A DNA stretch of 64,000 nt, from positions 102,610,001 to 102,674,000 of the forward strand of contig OZ024745.1 in NCBI GenBank assembly GCA_964016885.1, given 5' to 3'. The notes beneath the pieces are model-generated. The model searched no databases and was not told the DNA's origin. It saw only the letters and a list, made by a program, of their open reading frames with translations. This DNA is from Eledone cirrhosa. Its lineage: Eukaryota. The translations under genes were made by a program, and so were the position numbers. Shown here one piece after another: positions 54,040 through 64,000 of this stretch (position 1 is its first letter; every line of letters begins with the position of its first letter).

Positions 54040-54300
54040 GTATACTACTACTGGTTAATGTTTAGAGCTATCCTCAGCATTCCAAGGATGAAGAACTCAG
54101 AGCTGTATGGGAGCCTCCCAAAAGTCAGCTCGAAAGTAATACAGAGGAGACTGAGTTTAGTTAGGATGACATATGTTGATGCCCTAAAGACAGACCCTGG
54201 TCTCTGGGAGATGCAGGACATAGTGGCGATGATGAAGGAAGAGACCACTGGAGAGATCTCATTCATGGATCTCGGGAATTTTGCCCAACCTAGATAGATG
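54040..54300 (+). mobile_element. Degenerate RTE-like LINE 3' ORF fragment
   Basis: MFRAILSI..NSELYGSLPKVSSKVIQRRLSL..TYVDALKTD.GL resembles RTE-type C-termini. Confidence 0.55.
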
Positions 54301-56941
54301 AGCCAATTTTCCTCTCTGCTTTTTTAAAACGATAAGGTGTGATTTACAAGAGATTTAAAATCCAATTCTGCAGGTCATATAATCACTTACTTAGAGGTTC
54401 CCATGTTTGTTTCTAAATGTTCAGAGTTAAAATCCTATCTAGGGCTTGTTTATGAATAAAACACACAGATTAGATTGATGGAAACACAAAAGACAGGGTA
54501 CAAATCCAAAAATGAATGTTATTATTATTGTTTAGCACCAGAAAACTGTCTTGAACATTTGCAACAGAGTGGACTCCATTAGAGACGTGCAATGCTCAGG
54601 TGATGGTATTAGACTAGGTAACTGATTAAGTCTACCACCTGGTTTGAAGATATTTTCCTCATCAGACTCAGAGGTGCTTAGGAAGGTCATAGGCAGAGCT
54701 CTTTCCTGACTCACTAAACAGTAAAAGATTGTACTTGGCAGCATATGAAATTGAATATTCTTTCCAGGATTTAACTCTTTCATCATATTTCTAATTAAAA
54801 TACGAATTAATATTTTCAAATCATTTTGAAAATAATCAAGAATTCAAATCAATTTAGTAATAAACTGATTTTGGCCAGTGTTTGGAGCATAATGTAACAA
54901 AGGTTCTTAAATAAGATTATGGTGGAAGGTTTTTAGATGTATTTGAACGGTTTATGACAAACAGTTTGTATTATACGATTAAGGTTGTTTTCGTGTGATA
55001 TGAAAGGATTAAATGAGATGCCCCAAGAGATATGAAAATAGTTATCTTTATGCCACCGTTCTTAAACTGACATTAATTTTCAGTCAGTAGAAAGATATAT
55101 TTGTATTAGAAGTGTGTTCTGGAGCATTAAATTCATAATTTATGTTATAAAACGGTGCTTTTCTATAATTTATAAGAAAGACTAAAAAGAATTTCCAAAT
55201 GTGCTTGAGGGGTAGTTTATAAAGAAGTATGTAGGATATTCCATATGATGTGATAGTATATGAACTACTCCTTGAAAAGCAATCAGAATAAAATTAATTT
55301 AGTAATTGGCCAAGCATGACTGGGTGCTATGGCATTTATTAAAATTTAAAAAAATGTTTAATGCTGTAAAAAACCCACCTAAAATATAATAAGTATAGTA
55401 ATATCATTGCCGCATTTTATAGAAGACTGAAATAGAATCTAGTCATCCAAAGATTTATAAATGACTAACTAAAGGCTATCCACTCTGAACATCAATCAAA
55501 TGTGAAATCTCTAAAACAAATAAATTGATGAGTCTCTGCCATGACAAAATATTGAAACAATTTCTCTCCAGTAATCTGGATATTTATGTCATTTCTTGTC
55601 TCATTTTTAAGAAACAACAAAATCCTTTTATGATAATATTGTTTGTTGGCCATTCCAGTTTTTATTCTATTTCATTTTCCTGTTTATTCCATTACTGAAA
55701 ATTTCATAAAGGTTGTGAATTCTCTAAAGAATTTTTGTTTTTAATCTTAACACGAAGAAGATCTAAAAATAATTTTTTTCTGATTTAAGGAAATTCAAAT
55801 TCTGTCTTAGAGAAATAAGAACCAACCAATAAAAGAACACCAAAAAGAGAAAATTATTTCCAAAAAGTTTCATTTCAAATGATTCATGAAAATGAAACAA
55901 TTTTTCTAAGGATTCCATGGTGAGGTAGCAGCATTAAGGAGCAGCTTGGGCTTTCATTTAATCAAAAATATTTTGAAATCAATTCAGTTCATTGATATAA
56001 CTGAAGGAATGTGATCTGGTCCTTTGTGAGCAATATAAGGTTAATTGTAACTCAGGAAAATAAAACAAATAACCTTTTTCAACTCTATCACATTTTGAAA
56101 GTGATTTTAGCAAACCTTCTAAAACACCTTATGCATTAGAACAAAATGTGTTATTCTACTGGAATCAAGAGGTAACATTCTATACAAATCAAATTTGGAT
56201 TATAAATTAAAATCCTTTCAATGACTATGCTTTATTGCTTGTACATTACTTAGTTAAAATATGTCACTAGTTAAATTTGGTGAGGGGTATGTTCTGCCAG
56301 GTTTAAAAGGCACAAGACATGCCATATGACACAACAGTACCTCTATGACTTCATTAGAAGTTAAGTGTCCATAAATAGATCTAGTTAAAACTACATTACT
56401 CTCTAACTGGTATGTGCACCACATATGTAACAGCAGCATTTTAATTCAGAACATAAACAAAGAGAGAGCAGAAAAGTTCAGCTTTTTAAAATACTTCACA
56501 ACTAAAATAATTTTTGGCACTACAAAGGAAACTGAAATCTATAATCAGCTTTGGCCATGAGCAGAATAAGGAATTTCTGTAAGGGGTTAACAGAGATGAG
56601 ATTGGAAGATCTGTTGTGTGTTTATTGAAATTCTTATGAGTAGAAGAAATGCAGTGTTAAAGGTTTGTCTACTCAAATTATATAATAAATTATTATAGAT
56701 CTATTCATAAATAAATGTTTCACAGAATCACAGTAAACATATTAACTCCAGTAAGCTATGTTTTTTTTTCTTTTGCCACTTTATATCTATGCTGGAGCAA
56801 TAATTTTTGCACCTATATTTTTGTTACTCAGTAAGTACATATCCATAAAGTAGGAATTGAATATACTTGTCAGTTAGACATATTGAGATGTACTTGATCA
56901 TATTTCTTGCTGAAAAGAATAACTAAATGTCTTGTGTTATA

Positions 56942-57133
56942 AGGGTGGTGGATTGGCAGTATCAGTAGAGGGTCAGATGCCATGCTTTGCAGCAAAGAGT
57001 TACGGCCCTTTATGGTCTGAGTTCAAATCCTGCTGAGGTTAACTTTGCCTTTCATCCTTATAGGGTCGATAAAATAAAGTACCACTAATTCACTGGGATA
57101 ATTGCTGGCCTTGTGCCAAAAGTAGAAACAGTT
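56942..57133 (+). mobile_element. SINE family A
   Basis: A-box, B-box, core, tail. Confidence 0.88.
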
Positions 57134-58327
57134 ATATAAGATTGTGTTGGAAATATTGTTAATTTGGTAGTCAACAATACATTAGTTTTATAACATAAGA
57201 AACAGTAAATGAGTGAAAGTATTGGCAAATATTTTCTGATATGTTACATCAGATACATGGATGAAAGAAGCTGAACTATTCAAAATGACTTGGCGACCAA
57301 TGAAGATTATTATATTGTGATAGACAGTTTTTAATGTTGAATGAATAGTTGCTCATCGAAAATACAATAAAGAAGACATCAAAGTAATATTGTTACTACA
57401 GTTGCTGTTGCATCTGCTGCTCAATATTTTGTTTTCAGTCAATATCTCTGAGTTTGTATAGACATTAAAATATAAATCAGCAATACTAACTGAATTGAGA
57501 CAAGCTTTCTGGAAACATTGACCTATATTTCTGTACCATTCAGAATTATGAATAATTTTCAATATCTCTAGACTAATTTTCACCCAGATTCCTATTAGTG
57601 ATGCAATTTGCATTAATTTGAATTGTTAAACAACAATTTTTGCTGTATTACAAATGCACATTCTCAAAACTCTTTAAAACTGTGTTCAATATGTAACATT
57701 ATGCACTAACTTTCTTAGTTACCACCAACACTTTACACAATCTATGTTAGATTGTCTCTTGCTGTTTGATTTCTAGTCTGTATATAGCTTCTCCAAACTT
57801 CCTCACATGCTATAATTTGTATCATCATAATTACTTGGGGCCAATATCTGATATAAGATAAGCTGTTAGTTACTGTGTTTCTAAATCTAGTCACTTCAAG
57901 TCTTTTATTACTCTGACAATCATTCATCTGTAAAACACAAATTATTGTACAATAACTCTGATATAAAACCTGTTACTTTGTTTGCATCCAATGATGTGTA
58001 TCAGTTCTACTTTTTGGGTAAATACATACGATGTTCAGAGACTGATACTGGCCCCGTGTAAAGCCTTTTCTCATTTAAAAAAGCTTCAAGCACAGGTATT
58101 GCTTGTATGACATTTTTCGTGACGCATGGCATTGCTGGCCATAGGCAAGTCCCTAGCAGGACTGAAAAGCCATGTTCATGCTTAAGTCTGAAGTGATGGC
58201 ATTATTCAAAATCGAGTTGAAGCCTTCATATATATGTCAACATGAATGGACCTGTTATTTTTATCTAAAGACATTTTTTCCAATTCCATCCCACCCATCC
58301 CCTCAATCTATTTTATTTCTCATTCTT

Positions 58328-58363
58328 TCTTCTGATGAAGGACTAGCGTCTAAAACGTTAAGA
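58328..58363 (+). ncRNA. Hammerhead family H1, copy with G12A change
   Basis: TCTT-CTGATGA-AGGACTAGCGTCT-AAA-ACGT-T-AAGA; one substitution relative to 29882-29917. Confidence 0.6.
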
Positions 58364-58454
58364 CCCTCTTCCTGCTATATCAAGCATTAACCTAATATAT
58401 ACCTTCCATATACTGTACCAATTGTGTTGTTATTTACATACATATATATATATA

Positions 58455-59501
58455 TATATATAAGTGTGTATACGTACATATATATATGTATACAGACATA
58501 CAGTAGTATGTATATATATATATATACATACATGCACACATATATATATATGTACGTACGGATTTACCGAACATTTATTATAATGCTCGGTTTGTTTGTA
58601 AACAAACATCCCGAATTAAGCTGTACAGTGTTTAGCAACCATCGTTGCCCTTTTGTTCAACACTGACAAAGGAACGACGTGCTAGTTTCAAGCTTATTAG
58701 CTATCGTCAGCACTGTATTCCTTCCTGCCAGATGATTGAACGTCAGAAAGTATATACTTTCCTTATGCATATTAACGGCTGAGCAGCCTAATTTGCATAT
58801 CGAGTGAGTTAATCGACCGGGTGCACCGAAAACGATAAATGGAAAAAATGAAACAAAATTTCATTTCTCACTCTTAGTATGGTGTTACTTAAATATAAGT
58901 GTGTATACGTACATACATATATGTATACAAACATACAGTAGTATGTATATATATACATACATGCACACATATATATATATGTACGTACGGATTTACCAAA
59001 CATTTATTATAATGCTTGGTTTGTTTGTAAACAAACATCCCAAATTAAGCTGTACAGTGTTTAGCAAACATCGTTGCCCTTTTGTTAAACACTGACAAAG
59101 GAACGATGTACTAGTTTCAAGCTTATTAGCTATTGTCAGCACCGTATACCTTCCTGCCAGATGATTGAAGTATATACTTTCAGACGTTCAATCATCTGGC
59201 AGGAAGGTATAAGGTGCTGACGATAGCTAATAACCTTGAAACTAATACATCGTTCCTTTGTCAGTGTTGAACAAAAGGGCACGATGGTTGCTAAACACTG
59301 TATGGCTTAATTCGGGATGTTTGTTTACAAACAAACCGAGCATTATAATAAATGTTCGGTAAATCCGTACATACATATATATATATGTGTGCATGTATGT
59401 ATATATATATATACATACTACTGTATGTCTGTATACATATATGTATGTACGTATACACACTTATATTTAAGTAACAGCCGTACTAAGAGTGAGAAATGAA
59501 A
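58455..59501. mobile_element. Tandem + inverted pLTR/retrozyme-like array with three hammerhead motifs (family H7: 58676-58714 -, 59105-59143 -, 59213-59251 +)
   Basis: Direct repeat with a 429-bp period, then an inverted copy folding back at ~59175. Consensus motif GGTG-CTGACGA-T-AGCT-AATA-AGCT-T-GAA-ACTAGT-A-CATC. Confidence 0.82.
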
Positions 59502-59547
59502 TATATATATATTTATATATATATATATGTATTTATATATATATATA

Positions 59548-59815
59548 TGTGTTGTTTCCTTGAGCAAGACACTTTATTTCACATTGCTCCAGTTTACTCA
59601 GCTGTAGAAATGAGATGACAGGGACTGGGGTCCCTATCTTTCCACTGCAAAGTGGTCGTGGAGGTGCCACGGCAAAAAAGCACCCAGCACTCACTGTAAA
59701 TGAGGTTGGTGTTAGGAAGGGCATCCAGCTGTAGAAATCAAGCCAGAATCAGTTCCCGTCCCACCCTTGCAAGCAGGGAAAAGCGGACGTAAATGAAATG
59801 ATGATGATGATGATG
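59548..59815 (+). mobile_element. RTE-tailed SINE family B lacking the tRNA head
   Basis: ccttgagcaagacacttta central domain through ggtgttaggaagggcatccagc to a (GAT)n tail. Confidence 0.88.
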
Positions 59816-60173
59816 ACACACAAGTTCTGCCAAAGTTATTATCAGGTTCTGGCCCAATCAATTGCTTGTAAGGTTGATACAGATGTAACTTGAAAATGTG
59901 TAGCTATAACCAAGGGAGGGGCTAGACATTTTATATGCATTATTCATATATACTTTTTAATGGTTAACACATTGGTCATGATAGCCAAAGATGTGGGTTT
60001 GTGACCCATGTACATCAATGCTCATCCTTTTTCCATTCTGTGGGTTTTATAACTCCAACTATTAGGCTAACTTACTTAGTCAAAAATACGGCAGAAGCTC
60101 CATTTTCACTATCTAATTTTCAAATTCTCCACTGTTTGTAAACAAAACTAAGCTCTGTATCTGATATATATAT

Positions 60174-60302
60174 CAGGGGTGAAGGGTGCCTGCATGCAAC
60201 ACATGCAGTGCATGCGTTATAGAATCTTGAGTTGATCAATTGCGTCGGTTGAAGCAAGCAGAATTTTGGCTGCTTACTAAATCGTAGACACATAAAAAGA
60301 TA

Positions 60303-60334
<32 letters not shown>

Positions 60335-60584
60335 ACATACACACATACACACAAACACACGAGAGCATCGGTTGAAGCAAGCAGAATTTTGGCTGCTTAC
60401 TAAATCGTAGACACATAAAAAGATAACACACACACACACTAGATAACACTACATGCGGCTTTGACCGGGAGGATCATTTAGAGGGAATTGGGGGGGGGGG
60501 GGGGGTAAGGCTGCACAGACGACCCACTTTCCACCATGGCGGTTGGACTGCATGCCCTGCTTTCCAGGTTACCCTTCGCCACTG
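60174..60584. mobile_element. hAT-like MITE with internal ~65-bp direct repeat
   Basis: TIRs CAGGGGTGAAGGGT / ACCCTTCGCCACTG, flanked by atatatat on both sides. Internal repeats at ~60245-60310 and ~60368-60435. Confidence 0.7.
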
Positions 60585-61049
60585 ATATATATATATGTAT
60601 TCATATGCTATGATTGTATAGCTTTAAATTGAGTGGACATTTGATAGGTGACGTATTGGTGTAATGGTTACCACAGTGGTCATGATAGCCAACAGATGTC
60701 CCATGTATGTCAATGTTGAAGCTTTTTCCATTCTGTGGGTTTTTAGAACTCCAACTATTAGGCTAATTTATTTAGTTAAAAACACAGCAGAAGCTCTATT
60801 TTCCCTATCTATTATATTTTATTTTTTATACATTATTGTATATATTTACCAATATATATTTAACAAGTATGGTTATTTTCAATTTTATGTATACATGCCG
60901 AACACACATGCAAGCGGGCAAAACGGACATGAAAATTATGATGATGATATGATGGTGGTGGTGATGGTGAGGATGATGATAATCGAATATATGAATATCT
61001 GAATTTAATTGCTGAAGTATAATGCCTGCCAAAAGAGTGCAAAATCTTG

Positions 61050-61800
61050 GAATGTTGGCTTTCTGAAGCATCTAAGTGTCAAAGATTTTATTTTTTCAGT
61101 GGATGTGCAGGAAATTAGAAATAGTTCTTCTGGAAGTTGTTGAAATATCTTACATGTCTTCTTTACACTGTCCAGGACTTACAGGCATATAAGAGTGTTG
61201 TGACAATAATTGTGTGATCGATCTTAAGCTTGGTGGTGAAACAGAATCATCTGTGCTTCCAGTGATTCTCCTATAGTCTTATGAAGTCAGTGTTGGCTAT
61301 AGAAACCCTAATATTGACCACTTTATTGATGTTCACTGCTTTTGAATGAGCACTGCTGAGGTAAATGTATTTGTCAAACATGTAGTTTTGTCAATTCACA
61401 GTATTCTGAAATTCCTAGCTTGGGATTATGAGGCAGGCTGGTGTATGACCTTAGACTTCTTTAAGCTCATTATAAGGTGAAAGTTGTGATCAGTCTGTTG
61501 AAAGTGGTGCCTCTCTTGTTTCATCTATCAATGAAGAAAAAGTTCTGAAGTACAGCCTCTTTTACTTTAACAGCGTAAAGATAACAGGTGTTGTACAATT
61601 TGCCATCAGTATGGTGCTCGATGTAGATGTTTGGGGTGCTACTGCCAAAAGTACTGGTAAGCATTGCAGAAAACATTCATGCTGAATAGAGTGGGGCCTA
61701 AGATGCAGCCTTGTCTGACATTTGTTACAGGGAAGATATCAGATGCCATCCATCATCCAGTATATGGGCCATCATCCATTCTGGAATGGTCAGACTATAG
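61050..61800 (-). mobile_element. Degenerate RTE/BovB-type RT fragment
   Basis: Minus-strand VTNVRQGCILGPTLFS and IEHHTDGKLYN remnants. Confidence 0.65.
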
Positions 61801-62644
61801 TCTTGAAGCTGATAACCATGGAACAAATAAAGACTCTTGGAAAATATTAACTTTAAAAATATTAACTAAAAAATAACAGGATGATCACAGTTAGTTTACC
61901 TTTGGTTATAGGTCTGTTTGATCTCAGGGCTGCCCTTAATCTAAATAAAATGAACATTACCGAAGTATTATAAACATATCTTCAAAAATACAGACACAAT
62001 TTAATGGATTTATTTTCGTCTATGTTTATGCTTTTACAAATGTGTATATTGACCAGAAATGGAACAATTTTATAAATAGCTACTTCTATTCCTCATACCA
62101 ACAATCCAGTTTAATTGGAGTCTTTCGTAATGAACCATACCTTTGATGTAGTATGCTATTATTGTTTTGCCCCAGGTCAGTCTGACTGAGCAGACATATT
62201 ATCAAAGATACTTCAGCTGTAAAAATCATATATTTTTTCAGACACAGTATCTGAGGCTACATTATCTAATGAAAAACAATAGTATGATTTGATTGTCATT
62301 TGGCTATTTTCTAGCAGCCTGAGCAACAACGTAGTGGCTGCTTCATTTAATTTGTGTGTTTTTAGCATCTAAGATAGTCCTCATCATTCTGAGCATTTCT
62401 TGGTGGTGAGAATTTGATTCTATTGAATTTATCTATGTGGTTTAAAGTGGTTGTGTAAGCCTATTTCTTCCTAATACCTCCCTGGCAACAAGTACATGAG
62501 AGATTGCACTGCAGCTGGATCAGAGTGGCCTTTTTGCTGGCCTTCTACTTTTCTCAGCTTCTTTATAGTTACTATCAAAGAATACACATCCAATGTGGCA
62601 TTTATCCCAGCAAAGAGTCGACCATTCATTACTCTTTGATAGTG

Positions 62645-62986
62645 TCATCATCATCATCATCATTTTACATCCGCTTTTCCCTGCTTGCAAAGGTGGGACG
62701 GGAACTGATTCTGGCTTGATTTCTACAGCTGGATGCCCTTCCTAACACCAACCTCATTTACAGTGAGTGCTGGGTGCTTTTTTACCATGGCACCGCCACG
62801 ACCACTTTGCAGTGGAATGATATGGACCCCTGTCCTATCATCTCATTTCTACAGCTGAGTAAACTGGAGTAAATGTGAAATAAAGTGTCTTGCTCAAGGA
62901 AACAACACATCACCCGGTCTGAGAATTGAACTCACAACCTTTCAATTGTAAGGCCAGTGCTCTATCCACTAAGCCATGTGCCTCCA
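62645..62986 (-). mobile_element. Full-length SINE family B (tRNA head + central domain + RTE-derived 3' tail)
   Basis: Minus strand GGAGGCACATGGCTTAGTGG A-box, GAGTTCAATTC B-box, ccttgagcaagacacttta domain, the same ggtgttaggaagggcatccagc tail as the RTE LINE, then (GAT)n. Confidence 0.88.
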
Positions 62987-64000
62987 TATCATAAATAACT
63001 ACTTGATTATCAATTCTTTCATTAAGAAGTAGCAATAAATAATAAATACTACAAATGTTGAGATACATTTCAGTGCTCAAATGTATAATAACTGAAATTT
63101 GATCTCAAAAGGATTTGATTTACAAATTCCTAAACAACTAAACTGACTTCATCAGCAGCAGCATCACCGTTTAACTTCTATTTCTCATGTTTGCATGGAA
63201 TAGACGGGTTGTCACATTGAGAAATATCAGGTCAGGTCTAGCTCATACAGATCTGCTTCTGACTTCATTTCTACAGTTGGATGCTCTTCCTACTGTCAAC
63301 TACATTACAGTGTGGACTGGGTGCTTTTTATCATAACACCAAAATGACCCTCTAACAGGGTGGACCAGTTGCTTTTTCATCAGACCACCAGCATCACCAT
63401 CTACAGGGTGAACTGGGTGCTCTTTTGTCATGCCATAAACACAACCACCTTTTAGCGTAGATTGGTTGCTTTTTGTTGTCATCAGCAAAACCACCTTAGT
63501 GGCTTTTGTTCTGATGGCAGGATTGTGGGAGAGTAATTGTGGGGCACGTCCAGCTTTTCTTGCATGTATGCATGGGCTGTACAATAGGTATATCAGGTGT
63601 AGAGGAGAGATCAGAGTGAAACAAATATGCAGGTTGGTGATGGATGAGTATTAAGGTGTGTGAGTTGGAGAAGATTCTTGCAGTCTAATTAGTGTCTTCT
63701 AGATGTTTACGCCGTCTTGAGTACATGGGAAGGCAGTTCTTCAGTAGAGAATATCGCCAGAGGTCTACATCACATGTCATCACCTTTGAAAGGTTGAATT
63801 ATGCAAGGTCTCTAATGTAACTAACTCTTATGATGTTATCTAATTTCACCATAGTCGTTGATCATTAAATTATTGTTTTATAAACAAAATTTACTTCTGA
63901 TTTGGTAAACAGAACAAATTTGCTTGTTTAATATAAACAGCTGTATATTTTATTTCATTGATATTTTCTTTATTTTTACATTCAAATTTAGATTATTTTA

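Noticed and set aside
63500-63790. Possible AP-endonuclease fragment on the minus strand
   Set aside because: Only faint motif resemblance; needs BLASTx.

Overview
AT-rich, repeat-dense eukaryotic DNA. The (TA)n/(CA)n microsatellite load, SINE families and RTE LINEs suggest a mollusc, probably an octopod cephalopod (inference). One intact protein-coding gene is recognisable: an intronless KAT7/HBO1 (MYST2) histone acetyltransferase on the minus strand (11564-13174). Mobile DNA fills the rest: a near full-length degenerate RTE-clade LINE (24.35-28.7 kb), RTE/BovB, R4-like and CRE-like LINE fragments, about 20 copies of a tRNA-derived SINE (several with clear target-site duplications), a second RTE-tailed SINE, and piggyBac- and hAT-type MITEs. 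The most striking signal is absent from the ORF track. I read 13 minimal type-I hammerhead ribozyme (HHR) motifs from about 7 sequence families between 29.9 and 59.3 kb. Nearly all have a palindromic stem III, and they sit in short (TA)n-bounded modules arranged in tandem or as fold-back palindromes, as in Penelope-like pLTRs and retrozymes. Several large fold-back inverted repeats are centred on a native hairpin of the duplicated element. All structures were read by eye; no folding, alignment or database search was run.
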